A DNA stretch of 34,658 nucleotides from a virus (taxonomy: Duplodnaviria > Caudoviricetes): IMG/VR virus record IMGVR_UViG_3300011402_000008, positions 1-34,658 of that record. The stretch is one strand, 5' to 3'. The position numbers and the translations under genes are program-made. Position 1 is the stretch's first letter. Every line of letters begins with the position of its first letter. The notes beneath the pieces are model-generated. The model was not told the origin of the DNA and searched no databases. It saw only the letters and a list, made by a program, of their open reading frames with translations. Positions 9,656 through 19,921 of the stretch are shown in pieces.

Positions 9656-10468
9656 CTACACTTTACGAAAAATGGCAGCTTTGCCATGAATTATTGCGCT
9701 CATTAGGCCTGCCGTATGGTAGTTGGCAAGCTTCAGATAGGCACCGGCGCCAGCATGAAGCGTTGGCCCCTTATAAGAAAAAATCAGAGTACCATCCAAC
9801 GTAGTTTCGTAAAATCCCTTATCCGTTGAAGTCCAGTAAATATCACTTTCGAAGTCATACCACTTGTTGCGGACAATGGGGCCAAGTTTTGGTTCGCTGA
9901 GCAGCTTGTTGCCAGTAGTTCCACCGAAGAACTGATAGATCAGTCCGGTAGGGCGATCAGCCGAAACTGCCGTAGCTGGCATAAACATTCCTTGTACTGG
10001 CCCTTGTGAGCCACTATTGTCGCGGTCGTCGTGCCAGTTAAACCACGATCCCCACTGCCAGATACCAGGAGGAATTGGATCGCCACTCTCCGGCGGTTGT
10101 ACAAACTCTAAAGGAAACAAGACAGAATGCTTAAATGTAACTTTATTACCTTCCTTTGCAAAGGATAGGTCATTGCCGAGCCGCAAATCGCAGCGATTGT
10201 GAGCACCACTACCATTTATGTTAATATCTTCTGGCATAGTAAGTAAACGTACGCCCGGTCTACCATCAACGTTTACTAAAATCACACGACTTGGATCTTT
10301 CGCCTGGATTGAGAAGCCGTAGTCAGTAGGCCACTTACTAAAGTCACATGACCACAACGGAGTTGGCGCAGGCTTAACATTCAACGCTGCAAATGCTTCA
10401 GCAATTTTTTTGAATTCTCGATTTGTATCATCCGGGAAGTTAGTAACTTTCTCATGAATATAACTCAC
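9656..10468 (-). CDS. Polysaccharide lyase-like jelly-roll protein (candidate depolymerase)
   Basis: RCDLR, SVLFP, NWHD, RNKWYDF..IYWT...G and YKGPT...YLKLANYH match the polysaccharide lyase (PF14099-like) pattern. Confidence 0.65.
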   Translation of the reverse strand: MSYIHEKVTNFPDDTNREFKKIAEAFAALNVKPAPTPLWSCDFSKWPTDYGFSIQAKDPSRVILVNVDGRPGVRLLTMPEDININGSGAHNRCDLRLGNDLSFAKEGNKVTFKHSVLFPLEFVQPPESGDPIPPGIWQWGSWFNWHDDRDNSGSQGPVQGMFMPATAVSADRPTGLIYQFFGGTTGNKLLSEPKLGPIVRNKWYDFESDIYWTSTDKGFYETTLDGTLIFSYKGPTLHAGAGAYLKLANYHTAGLMSAIIHGKAAIFRKV

Positions 10469-10665
10469 AGTTTCTCCTTTTCAGCTGCTCGGTTAGCGTC
10501 GCGGATAGCTTGGAGTTCCGCGCACATACGCTCAGTTCCGAGTTTCAATCCTATATTTGTAGGATCACCATTGTCAAAAAACAATGTGCCTTTTCCGTAT
10601 TTATGCCAGCGCATGATATAATCTATTATTGCAGCTCTGGCAGCTGCTTCTGAGGTTCGATGCAT
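10465..10665 (-). CDS. Hypothetical protein
   Basis: 66-aa ORF abutting or overlapping both neighbours. Confidence 0.5.
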   Translation of the reverse strand: MHRTSEAAARAAIIDYIMRWHKYGKGTLFFDNGDPTNIGLKLGTERMCAELQAIRDANRAAEKEKL

Positions 10666-11079
10666 TCACTGAATTTTCTCAGTTTTTACACCAGAATCTA
10701 CAATAGCTTGTTTAGCTATGTGTGCTTTATACATAGCTTCAGCAAGATTAGCTGCATTGATATCAACAATATCTTTCGTCTGTTGCGCCTTCCAGCGAGA
10801 TAGTTCAAGATTAAGTTTTAACTGGATACTCATATTATGATTTACAAGAGTATGGGTATCAATGCCAGTTTTTTGAATTTCTGCCATATGAACTCTAGCT
10901 TCTTTGTTGGCTTCTTCAAGAGTAGTTTTTACTTCTTCAGTCTTTTCTGCAGCATCCTGAGCCATATCCTTCACTTCTCTAACTGCTTTATTAGTTCTAG
11001 TTCCAATGTAGGCAAGAACAATAGTTACTCCTCCTGCAATTATAGCTTGCCAAACAACATCGCTAAAAGTACCGTGCAT
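10666..11079 (-). CDS. Membrane-anchored coiled-coil protein (holin-like candidate)
   Basis: N-terminal TM segment (VVWQAIIAGGVTIVLAYI) followed by a charged helical region. Confidence 0.5.
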   Translation of the reverse strand: MHGTFSDVVWQAIIAGGVTIVLAYIGTRTNKAVREVKDMAQDAAEKTEEVKTTLEEANKEARVHMAEIQKTGIDTHTLVNHNMSIQLKLNLELSRWKAQQTKDIVDINAANLAEAMYKAHIAKQAIVDSGVKTEKIQ

Positions 11080-11088
11080 AGAATTTTC

Positions 11089-11730
11089 TCACCTCCCTTG
11101 ATCTTCAACTTCACTCATTTTTAGAGAAAGATATTCCCCACCAGTAGGCATTTGTGCAGTTCCTGGTGGAGGCCCGTAAAGAAGCACACTAAGCTTATTT
11201 GCGGCTTCAATGTATCCAATCGTTTCAAATATACGCTTAGCAGCATCAATAACTATGAGGGCAGGTTGTTGTCGTGCAATCCAGCTCTCATAAGATGCAT
11301 CAGGAGTAAGCACAGGATTTGAATAATAACCAACCAAGAAAGAATCGTAATTAGCCCCCAAACGAATATTGAGATTATCCCCCGCAACGTAATATACGTT
11401 TGTTTTTTCAATGAGATAATCGTCAAGGATTGCATCTGGTTTCATACTTTCTAAGAAGAAACTAGCGGGAGCAGCTCCTACACTATCGTATGGGCGAATA
11501 TACGCAAAATTTCTCCAATTGGCAAATAGTGAACTAATGCTCAATTGGAAAAGATTCGCGCTTCCTGGAGAAATGAGAAGTTCTTGGATATCACGACGAA
11601 AGTAATCAGAACGATGCGCAGCTAAAGTTGCTTGGCGAACTGCTAATGCCGTTTCTGCTACTAAATCTGGTCTATTGGTGAGAGTGTACACACCCTCAGA
11701 ACCAGATACAATGTCAGAGAAAAGCGACAT
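11089..11730 (-). CDS. Head-tail adaptor/tail tubular A-like protein
   Basis: 213 aa downstream of the capsid genes; N-terminal helical TNRPDLVAET..AVRQATL..H pattern. Confidence 0.6.
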   Translation of the reverse strand: MSLFSDIVSGSEGVYTLTNRPDLVAETALAVRQATLAAHRSDYFRRDIQELLISPGSANLFQLSISSLFANWRNFAYIRPYDSVGAAPASFFLESMKPDAILDDYLIEKTNVYYVAGDNLNIRLGANYDSFLVGYYSNPVLTPDASYESWIARQQPALIVIDAAKRIFETIGYIEAANKLSVLLYGPPPGTAQMPTGGEYLSLKMSEVEDQGR

Positions 11731-11754
11731 TAGCAGTTTTCTTTCACATTAAAT

Positions 11755-12201
11755 TTATTTGGGAGGAACTTTACCACTCGCCGCAATAGCAGCTTGTGCA
11801 GCTGCTAATGATGCAGGCAATTCTGGCGGAGATTGTTTAGACACAGGAATTGGAACAGTAACAGGATTACCAGTAATTCCGCGATCAGTATCAAATTGCT
11901 GTTCTGCGGTCTGTCTGAGTTCTACAGCAGCAGCAACTTCTCCCGGCTCTACAACATCTTTAACAGTGTAGATGTGAGAAGTAGGAATGTTGGCAATTTT
12001 GTCTAGTTCTTCTCTAACTTTGGCGCGGTAAGCAGGCGGGATAGATGACAGTTTCAATACTCCACCTGCGAACGCTACTTCTTTAGCTTCACTACCAATC
12101 TGGCAGTAAAATTTAGCCCCAGGAGTTCTGTGGTAGTATGTTTTATCTGCTTCTTGACCTGCTTGACCCATTTGTACTGGCACTTTAGTTTGTTGTTCCA
12201 T
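11755..12201 (-). CDS. Hypothetical virion-associated protein
   Basis: 148-aa ORF after the MCP gene; GAGG RBS. Confidence 0.55.
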   Translation of the reverse strand: MEQQTKVPVQMGQAGQEADKTYYHRTPGAKFYCQIGSEAKEVAFAGGVLKLSSIPPAYRAKVREELDKIANIPTSHIYTVKDVVEPGEVAAAVELRQTAEQQFDTDRGITGNPVTVPIPVSKQSPPELPASLAAAQAAIAASGKVPPK

Positions 12202-12233
12202 TTTGACCTCTATGTTGACATACTAGTATTTGG

Positions 12234-12271
12234 AAACAAGACAGGGTGATAGTTACGGCTACCACCCTGTC
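12234..12271 (-). terminator. Rho-independent terminator after the major capsid gene
   Basis: Minus-strand RNA GACAGGGUGGUAG-CCGUAA-CUAUCACCCUGUC (13-bp stem) followed by UUGUUU. Confidence 0.75.
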
Positions 12272-12299
12272 CCCTGCGCTTTCTTCTCCGCCTCCTTTC

Positions 12300-13514
12300 T
12301 TAGCCTACCGCCGCAGCGGTGAAGTTGTACAGAATTACGTTTGCTGCCGGGTTTTTAACAAGGCAAGTGAGTTCGCTGGTAAGAGTACCGCCAACAGCAT
12401 CAATGCCATTGTCTACTTGCTGACCGCTCATATTAAACTCAGCGTTGTCAGTCTTTCTTCCTTGCAGATATGCACAATTGAAAGTAGAAAGATCAACACC
12501 AATGCCCATCTTTGCCCAAGTAGAAGTTGCACCAAATGCATTGAACAGAGGATGCTCAATGATATTAAAGGTGCCGCGCGGAGTCTTAATGGTGTCAAAT
12601 TGCAGACCCCACGAAGTTTCGTTGCCTTGGATAAAGTAGGTGCTATTGAGACGACAGATGTTGTGAATTACCCGGCGCGCTGGGCCACCAACAAAAAACG
12701 CACGCATATTCGGCACTTTAGGATCGGTGATTTGATTAAATGCCGGATCAAGCGCAGCTTCCAGTTGCGTCCAGGTAGTAGTAGCTCCCAAAGTCGTGAT
12801 GTTTCCAGGAGCATTCTGTGTTACAACAGAAACAAGACCATCCATAGTATGAAAAGGCTGTCCGTTCCTTGATCCCAGGAATTTCTGGCCAAAGAAGAAC
12901 GACTTTTCAATGTCAGCAGCATGGAAAGCGGCACAGTCTTGGCGCGATTCTGCAATGTTGCCAGAACCAGCGATGGTCATCGTAGCACCCGTCGTTTTCG
13001 ACAACGCCCAAGTATTGCGGAAAATTTGGGTGTAATTCGTGATACGATTGGGTACGATCACCATGCTTTGTGGACGGAGACTAGCTTCTTCAAATGCATT
13101 ACCAACCATCCACAAACTAACGCTAGCACCAATTGCAACAGCTGCTACAGTACCTACTGCACGTTGCACTGTTAGTTGCGTAGGAGACACAACTGCAAGA
13201 ACAAGTACGTTCTCATTAGTAGTGTCTACTCGCAACAGCATACCAGGGAGAATGTTTACAGTGCTTACTCCAGTAAAAGTCGTATCTACGTTAGTTTGAC
13301 CTGCCGCAGTTACGACAAACGACGGGAAAATCATCGTTTTGCTGAAGTACCCATGCTCAAACTGATATGCAGTTTCTTCTTTCAGCAACGCAGTTAGACC
13401 AAACAATGGAGCTGTACCGTTAGGCATCAGCCTAGTAATCATTGCGGCAAATGATTTCTTTGCCAGATCCTGCGTGATGTTAGAAGTGTTCCAAACTCCG
13501 GTTACCGCGGGCAT
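12300..13514 (-). CDS. Major capsid protein (SU10/DUF5309-type HK97 fold)
   Basis: 404 aa; NYTQIFRNTWALSKT, DIEKSFFFG and TMDGL motifs; follows portal and scaffold; strong terminator downstream. Confidence 0.85.
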   Translation of the reverse strand: MPAVTGVWNTSNITQDLAKKSFAAMITRLMPNGTAPLFGLTALLKEETAYQFEHGYFSKTMIFPSFVVTAAGQTNVDTTFTGVSTVNILPGMLLRVDTTNENVLVLAVVSPTQLTVQRAVGTVAAVAIGASVSLWMVGNAFEEASLRPQSMVIVPNRITNYTQIFRNTWALSKTTGATMTIAGSGNIAESRQDCAAFHAADIEKSFFFGQKFLGSRNGQPFHTMDGLVSVVTQNAPGNITTLGATTTWTQLEAALDPAFNQITDPKVPNMRAFFVGGPARRVIHNICRLNSTYFIQGNETSWGLQFDTIKTPRGTFNIIEHPLFNAFGATSTWAKMGIGVDLSTFNCAYLQGRKTDNAEFNMSGQQVDNGIDAVGGTLTSELTCLVKNPAANVILYNFTAAAVG

Positions 13515-13546
13515 TGTAGTTTCCTTTAGTTAAGTTGGAGGGATAG

Positions 13547-14176
13547 TTAAGCTGCCAATGAGCCCAGCGAATCCAACCTAACTCGCGGGAAGAACGTAAC
13601 AGCAATATTGTCGGCAGTAGCAGTAGACGCCACGGATACAGTAACAGTTTGGGCATCTTCAGACACACCAAGCACAATTGCCGCAGCACCAATACCAGTT
13701 CCTGTAACTCCCATTCCCGGCATGATTTGCTGAATTACTGATTTGGGAACGTTAGTAAGAACTAGAGTAGTGTTGGTAGTAGTAACTACACCAACTACGG
13801 TGCGCTTGTTGGCAAGAACAGTCATGGAGTAAAGGCGAGAAATAGAAGCAGCAACGTTAAGTACTCCCGTTCCTGCTACAATTCCAGTACCAGCTACAAA
13901 AGTCATTGCAAATGCTACTCCATTTCGGTAGAGAAGCCCAAATTCATCTCCTACTTGTGGGTTCTCCATTGCTGCAATGAGTTGATCCGCACTAGGCCAA
14001 GTATCGTTAAAAGCACCACCAGGGCCAGTACGATTCAAAATACCCTGCATAACGTCTGATGCTGTTAGAGATGCCGAACCGGCAGTTGCATTACCTGCCC
14101 AGCTACGTTGGCTCAAAACATGAGCATTTACAGGCTGAACAAGTCCTGCTGATTGTCCCATCGGGCGCGGAAGCAT
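13547..14176 (-). CDS. Putative capsid decoration/minor capsid protein
   Basis: 209 aa, T/G/A/V-rich, between scaffold and MCP. Confidence 0.5.
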   Translation of the reverse strand: MLPRPMGQSAGLVQPVNAHVLSQRSWAGNATAGSASLTASDVMQGILNRTGPGGAFNDTWPSADQLIAAMENPQVGDEFGLLYRNGVAFAMTFVAGTGIVAGTGVLNVAASISRLYSMTVLANKRTVVGVVTTTNTTLVLTNVPKSVIQQIMPGMGVTGTGIGAAAIVLGVSEDAQTVTVSVASTATADNIAVTFFPRVRLDSLGSLAA

Positions 14177-14297
14177 ATGATTACCTAGTCCTTTCGTAAG
14201 AGTAAAAGTTAATGGTAGGAATTTTTTACCGACCTACCTCTAGGCTAGCAGACTTGGTATCTATGTTTCCGCTGCCCTACTAACAAAACTTTGGTTA

Positions 14298-15185
14298 CTA
14301 CTGTTGAAGCTGCCCATCAAGAAAACCACCCCAATCAATTTCTTTAGTGCCATCTGCATTAAGCTTTTGCTTATCTTTCTCTCCATCAGTTTTCAGAGAA
14401 CCTAGTGCATCACCCATTGCCAAGAAATATTCTTCGGCTTTCTGATTCACTTCGTCTGGGGAAAGATTACGCCCCATACTAGAATTCGCAATTTGCTGCC
14501 TAAGTGCAGCGAGAACTGGCTTAGCAGCAGGATGACTAAGAACTTTATTCGAGGGGTTTGCACTATTGATCTGAAAGTTTCTGAATTTACCATCAAGAGT
14601 GGAATTAAAGCGCCCATTGTTTTTGGAAAACGCTTGTTCCATGATGCCTACAATCATTTGTGTAGAGGCTGCAAACGACCCTTGAAAAGCAGAATTCAGA
14701 ACTGAGTTGAAAGCACCTACATCACCTTGTAATGCTTTTTGCACAAGTTCTGGATTTAGATTCCTAGTGAAGTCCATCTTACTTACTGTCTCACCAAACT
14801 TCTTAGGATCTAATTCCAGCAATCTTTGAGAAAGCGGATCTGTTTGTTGATTAGCTACATCATCCATCTTAAAGATATCTTTGAAAGCATCAAGCGGGGA
14901 ACCTGGGTCATTAGGGTTAGTTTTAGCTCCTGCCATGTTATTGCCAGTTACATTAGCAGGATCAGCTCCTGGATTTGCCATATCATTAGGCATCCCAGTT
15001 CCAGGAACATTTTTTGGGCGTGGCTGCCCTGTGGCAGGGTCAACTTCACCTCCACCACCTTGTTGTTGTTGATTCTGTAACTGTTGAGCATCATTAGCTA
15101 CAGCAGCATTGTTAGGGATACCAGTTCCTTGACGAAACATATTGGAAATACTAAAACCACCACCACTACCACCAGGGCCAGCCAT
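14298..15185 (-). CDS. Putative scaffolding protein
   Basis: 295 aa; low-complexity N/Q/P/G N-terminus and helical C-terminus; between portal and capsid genes. Confidence 0.6.
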   Translation of the reverse strand: MAGPGGSGGGFSISNMFRQGTGIPNNAAVANDAQQLQNQQQQGGGGEVDPATGQPRPKNVPGTGMPNDMANPGADPANVTGNNMAGAKTNPNDPGSPLDAFKDIFKMDDVANQQTDPLSQRLLELDPKKFGETVSKMDFTRNLNPELVQKALQGDVGAFNSVLNSAFQGSFAASTQMIVGIMEQAFSKNNGRFNSTLDGKFRNFQINSANPSNKVLSHPAAKPVLAALRQQIANSSMGRNLSPDEVNQKAEEYFLAMGDALGSLKTDGEKDKQKLNADGTKEIDWGGFLDGQLQQ

Positions 15186-15199
15186 GATTAATTACCTCT

Positions 15200-15511
15200 T
15201 TAAGAGTCAGATACGGATTTAACACCAGGAAGGTCTGTTTGTTTCCCACTATCTTCTGCTGAAGGCATAGAAATATCTGTGTAGAGAGAAATTAGATATT
15301 CCATAGCACCAATACTCCCCTTCAGTGCTGCTTCTTCTTGAATTGATGCAAGATCATTAGGACGAACATTAATTGCAATACGTTGTTTAGCATCTCTAGC
15401 AAGCAACGTTTGAAACAACATCAATTGCAACTCACTAAAACGAGTAGCTGCATACATTTCTGCCTGAGTAAATTCAAATTCAGTAAAATGGTTTGTAATT
15501 TGTTTTGGCAT
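15200..15511 (-). CDS. Hypothetical head assembly protein
   Basis: 103-aa ORF directly after the portal gene. Confidence 0.55.
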   Translation of the reverse strand: MPKQITNHFTEFEFTQAEMYAATRFSELQLMLFQTLLARDAKQRIAINVRPNDLASIQEEAALKGSIGAMEYLISLYTDISMPSAEDSGKQTDLPGVKSVSDS

Positions 15512-15520
15512 AGTAGTTAT

Positions 15521-17461
15521 TCACGCACCTATTTGAGGAGTTGGAGCTGCTGCATTTTGTGGTCTAGCAGCATCAGGCTTTCCAGAATTTTGCATGGCAG
15601 TAAGAGCCCCAAGAATCTTGTCTCTTGCAGCAGGATCACGACGAAAATCTTCGAACCATTGGGCACCATTAATCTTACACCAATATGAAAATGCGCCAAT
15701 GATGTCAAACTCCGCCTGCATAAGAGGACTGGTTTGTATCGTTTGCATAAACACTTGCAATAGTTCTGAACTCATGAGTTTATCAGTAGGCAAAAGCCCA
15801 TCTGATACCTTAAATACCATGGCCATTTGGCGCAATGTTTCTGGCTTAATATCTACTTTCTTCTTAGCACTAGTATTGTAGATTCCAGTAGTACTTTGAT
15901 ATTGGAGAATATTAAGTTTCAGAATCTCTTTCATTGGAGTAAATACTTGGTATTCAAGGCCGAGAGCTTGAAGCTGTTGTCGAGAGTTAGCTCCCCCCAT
16001 AGTTTCTACAAATTCAGTTCTAGTCTTGTTTCCTTTCTGAAATTGCCCCCGTTGCACTTTATTTTGGCCGTTGGCGATATCTGCCATATCGTTAATGCTT
16101 TGAGCCATTTGAAGCTCACTAGCAGAACCATCTTCACGGAAAGGAAATGCATATACTGAATCAGACACAGGTTTACCATATGCATTTTGCTTTACAGGAA
16201 TACGAGCAACTGCGGTAACCTTGTCAATATCTTCTTTACGAATGCGAGAAGGATCATAAAGAAGCCGATCGTAAACTGCACGACGTTTAGCTTCCATTAC
16301 ACTGTTCCAGAGAGAGGTACTCATGCTTTGGAAAGGGATAGCGTTATCTAAGAAACTCTTACTTTGGTATCCTAAGCCATCTTCCGTAGGTTGGCAAATA
16401 AGCACAGGAAGATAGTTGTGAGCATTAGTTTGTCGCTCAACATAAATAAGAACTCGTCTGTTAACTAGAATAAATTTCCAAATTTGCGGTTGATTTCTGC
16501 GGGGAACTGTGAGGTTGAAATCTTGTGGGATAATTTTTCCATAGATAGTTGTAACCTCATACATATTGTTGTATGCAATACTATCTTTAGCAGAATTACC
16601 TGTGCGCCCATCCAACATCGCCCAAGATAGCCAATTGGTAGTTGCATAATTCTGACCTGCTCCCATAAAGGAGAAGGGGTTCACTTGTGGGATATAGTAC
16701 CAAGAATCAGAACCATTGAGAGTAATTGTAGGTGTACCAGATTCAAATGCTTGGCGCGCATTCATAGTAAGTGCAGGGTTGAGATCAAGAATCAGTTGCT
16801 TAAGCTGTACTCTACTCATTACCCTAGTATCCCCAACAAATTCACCATCACAGTGAACATTTGCAGGATCTACTCTCTTGTCCCAAATAGTATTGTACGG
16901 ATCAAGGCGCCGAAGTTTATTTCCTTCGTAAAAAAGTTCGTCTTTAGAACCCTGACGAAGATTAGCTACTGGATCATTTATGAGACTGTAGATTCTTTTT
17001 CTATCCCAAGTAATCTCCATAGCTCCGAAATTATACTTAAGACCATCACGAAGATACATAATCAGTTGGCGTAACCAGCCATACTGCATGGAATTATCAG
17101 CAATTACTGATTCCATCTGGAGAGCACTGTCTGCATTTGTCGGGTCAGAAACAATGCCAAAAATAGGATACCCAGTGAAGAAAACACCGGCAAGATAAGC
17201 CAGTGCGGATTCTACTTGCGGCATTACAATAGGAACTTGCATATTTTGATACTTATACGGGTCTCCGGCGCGATTTGCTGCTATCGCCCTAGACTGCTCT
17301 ACTGATTTATCCATCTCACGGTAGTAAAACAAGTCACGAAGAAGGAATTGTTCTCGTAAGTTCCACACAGTAGAGAGACTCTCTACACAATTGGTAACAT
17401 ACTTCACAATTGCTTCCTGCTGTTTGGTATTTACTTGAAAGGGGAGGGATGGGGACGACAT
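15521..17461 (-). CDS. Portal protein
   Basis: 646 aa immediately after terL; size, position and Q/P/A-rich C-terminal tail typical of podovirus portals. Confidence 0.8.
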   Translation of the reverse strand: MSSPSLPFQVNTKQQEAIVKYVTNCVESLSTVWNLREQFLLRDLFYYREMDKSVEQSRAIAANRAGDPYKYQNMQVPIVMPQVESALAYLAGVFFTGYPIFGIVSDPTNADSALQMESVIADNSMQYGWLRQLIMYLRDGLKYNFGAMEITWDRKRIYSLINDPVANLRQGSKDELFYEGNKLRRLDPYNTIWDKRVDPANVHCDGEFVGDTRVMSRVQLKQLILDLNPALTMNARQAFESGTPTITLNGSDSWYYIPQVNPFSFMGAGQNYATTNWLSWAMLDGRTGNSAKDSIAYNNMYEVTTIYGKIIPQDFNLTVPRRNQPQIWKFILVNRRVLIYVERQTNAHNYLPVLICQPTEDGLGYQSKSFLDNAIPFQSMSTSLWNSVMEAKRRAVYDRLLYDPSRIRKEDIDKVTAVARIPVKQNAYGKPVSDSVYAFPFREDGSASELQMAQSINDMADIANGQNKVQRGQFQKGNKTRTEFVETMGGANSRQQLQALGLEYQVFTPMKEILKLNILQYQSTTGIYNTSAKKKVDIKPETLRQMAMVFKVSDGLLPTDKLMSSELLQVFMQTIQTSPLMQAEFDIIGAFSYWCKINGAQWFEDFRRDPAARDKILGALTAMQNSGKPDAARPQNAAAPTPQIGA

Positions 17462-17476
17462 AATAGTTTGTACTCC

Positions 17477-19024
17477 TTAAATGGGAAGCCTGTTTGCAAC
17501 TTCAGAGGTATCGTCGATTGCTTCCCCGCCCTGATACTGTAATGCCGGCGGAGAGTCGTCGCGGTGCAGAGCTACAGAACCAAGAATATCCATGCTATGA
17601 CCGTAAAGTTCTATAGCACGAAATATCCATGCAAGTAAATCTAAAATGTCATCTGTGTTGTGCGTCTTTAGTGGATTCCAGTGAACTATCTGGTATACCA
17701 CCGCAGCTCGTACTGAAGGGTGGAGAAGAATAAGACCTTTAAGTAAATTTGCGAGCATATCTTTAATTTTCGCATTCTTACTTAAAGCTCCTGCATACAA
17801 TTCACAAAGTTCGATACCACTACCTTGTATTTGAAGTTGCTCAAGTACAAAGTTGAACCAAAAGAGGAATGTGTACTGGTATGCGTTAGATTCAATAGCA
17901 ATAATTTTAATTCTAGACTCCAACGCCATTTTCAAGGCTATGTGTATGGCCTCTAGAGGACTAAACTTTCCTACTCGCAACTCATGCAATACTGGCTTGC
18001 CATCGTAGATGTAAAACTTACCTATAGATACATCATTACCCTGCTTCTTACCTGTGGCAGGATCAATAATTATACATCCACCTTGAGGTTCGATAGTATC
18101 TAGAGCTTGAGGATAGGCAGGAATACGAGAAATGTCAATTCCAGAGACAGTACCAGCTTCTTCGTCATTAAGAACTTCACTGTAGAAGATTTCTGGGTGT
18201 CCTAGAGCTATGTCGTTTTCTAACTCCGCCAAAAGTTCATTAATAGGACGAAGTTCCTCCCAAAGGGATTTCCCATCTGCCAGTATTGCTCCACAGATAA
18301 AGGAAATCCATTTTGAGTTATACTTAAGCTTTCTAAGGATACAATCTTCGTAAGGATACATGTTTCCGACGAATACGAATAGGCAGCGTTCATAACTCCT
18401 CGCCTTCATTAGAGTACCCATCATCCATGTAAGTTGCTTCATGGCGACAAGTTTCTGTTCTGCATCTTCTTTACTCTGCATATCGTCCATGATAATTACA
18501 TCTGGACGACGAAACTTAATGTTCAAGCCCCGCATGGAAGTCCCTACACCAATTCCAGCGAGAATTATGTCTCTACCACGAAACCCAAACTTCTTTAGAC
18601 CCTGAGTATCCTTCTCAATGCCCAGGCGCCAGTCACCAAAGAGGCGTTTCATGTTGTAACTCTCTAGTATATCTACTACGTCAGCTAGAAAGTTCATAGC
18701 GAGTTGCTCTGTATTACAGACAATGAGTATAAAATTCCTGTCTGTAAAGAGAATACAGTATACTGTAAAGAGTTTTAGGAAAGCTGTTTTAGCGAAGCCA
18801 CGAGGAAGGCCAATAGCAAGTTGAAGGAGACCACTTGTTTTACCTACTGCTTCTACTAGAAGCCCCCAAATTGCTATGAAAATTGCCGGGAAGAAAAATT
18901 TGAAAATATCTGGTATAGAAATGCCTGCAAGAAAATTCATATCGCTCTTGCAATTATTAATTACTTCTTCCCTGCTGTAGACTGACTCCCCTGTTTCTGG
19001 GGGTATTTCTGCTACCTCAGCCAT
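17477..19024 (-). CDS. terL: Terminase large subunit
   Basis: Walker A-like LPRGFAKT, Walker B VIIMDD, coupling motif VGN, and nuclease motifs IIIDPA and HNTDDILD. Confidence 0.9.
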   Translation of the reverse strand: MAEVAEIPPETGESVYSREEVINNCKSDMNFLAGISIPDIFKFFFPAIFIAIWGLLVEAVGKTSGLLQLAIGLPRGFAKTAFLKLFTVYCILFTDRNFILIVCNTEQLAMNFLADVVDILESYNMKRLFGDWRLGIEKDTQGLKKFGFRGRDIILAGIGVGTSMRGLNIKFRRPDVIIMDDMQSKEDAEQKLVAMKQLTWMMGTLMKARSYERCLFVFVGNMYPYEDCILRKLKYNSKWISFICGAILADGKSLWEELRPINELLAELENDIALGHPEIFYSEVLNDEEAGTVSGIDISRIPAYPQALDTIEPQGGCIIIDPATGKKQGNDVSIGKFYIYDGKPVLHELRVGKFSPLEAIHIALKMALESRIKIIAIESNAYQYTFLFWFNFVLEQLQIQGSGIELCELYAGALSKNAKIKDMLANLLKGLILLHPSVRAAVVYQIVHWNPLKTHNTDDILDLLAWIFRAIELYGHSMDILGSVALHRDDSPPALQYQGGEAIDDTSEVANRLPI

Positions 19025-19029
19025 CTACT

Positions 19030-19629
19030 TTACAATACTTGATGAATTGGTAGATGAGTAAGTTTCTGAAGATTAGTAAGGCGAGCCTGTGCACGTTCCA
19101 TATCTGCGTCATCTGGATTTTGTACTTGGGGAGCGTCCAGAAGTCCAGCAGATTTACGCCTCATCATTTCTTCAACTACAGCATTAGCAGGCATTGTAGC
19201 TACACTCCTTCCATCTACTTCCACTACTTGGTTGGTAGGATTTACGACAAACTTTGCTGCTAAAAGCGCAGGCATGTGAAGGTGTAGGTGTGTAGATTGC
19301 GCCACAGCTCCCAACTCTCGTTGACTGCCACGCCTAGTAGCACCATTAACTGCTTTAAGAGCTTGAATTACTGCCATTGGATTTACAATCATAGGAAGCA
19401 ACCCTTCAAGCTTCTCTAGGAGTTGATCTTCAAGGCAATTCCACTTCCTATCTCTACTTGTTGCTTCCGTAAGATTCTGCAACTTCCTTTTCTGTACTTC
19501 CACTGCAAATGCTTCATCACTGAGCCATTGAGAAACTAACGATTCAGATACTCCAAGGGCGTTGGCGACCACTACATTCTCCAGGTTGGCGCCAAGAAGT
19601 TCCAGTGCTTTGTCACGATTGTTAGACAT
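19030..19629 (-). CDS. Terminase small subunit candidate (HTH); likely start MSNNRDK at 19629
   Basis: N-terminal HTH (VVVANALGVSESLVSQWL); directly upstream of terL; GGAG RBS before 19629. Confidence 0.65.
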   Translation of the reverse strand: MSNNRDKALELLGANLENVVVANALGVSESLVSQWLSDEAFAVEVQKRKLQNLTEATSRDRKWNCLEDQLLEKLEGLLPMIVNPMAVIQALKAVNGATRRGSQRELGAVAQSTHLHLHMPALLAAKFVVNPTNQVVEVDGRSVATMPANAVVEEMMRRKSAGLLDAPQVQNPDDADMERAQARLTNLQKLTHLPIHQVL

Positions 19630-19921
19630 AAATTCTTGCTCCGAAATTGGAGTCCGAGTTTTCAGTTTACACACTCCCCTACAACTACACTAGTGGGGAA
19701 CCCTCTCTCTAGACTTTAGAAAATTTGGGGGATGGCTATGTAGAACTTGCAGCTTCAAAGCTTAAAAAAGGATCTCCCCCCGTCAGCAAAGCACCGTATT
19801 TTCCAAGGTGTTAGAGCCGACAGTTTCATCGTCGGCGTCCAACGAGGCTTTCCAGCACGATGCTTCTCCCGAGCTAGCCGAGAAGATGAGTATTCACGGG
19901 CAGTAATGCGAGGGTCGCCGC

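Noticed and set aside
12200-12302. Capsid readthrough or frameshift extension
   Set aside because: No slippery sequence seen at the MCP end; TAA is followed by a terminator and an in-frame stop about 30 codons later
14215-14285. c-di-GMP-I riboswitch resemblance
   Set aside because: Lacks the GNRA tetraloop/receptor arrangement and the conserved junction nucleotides
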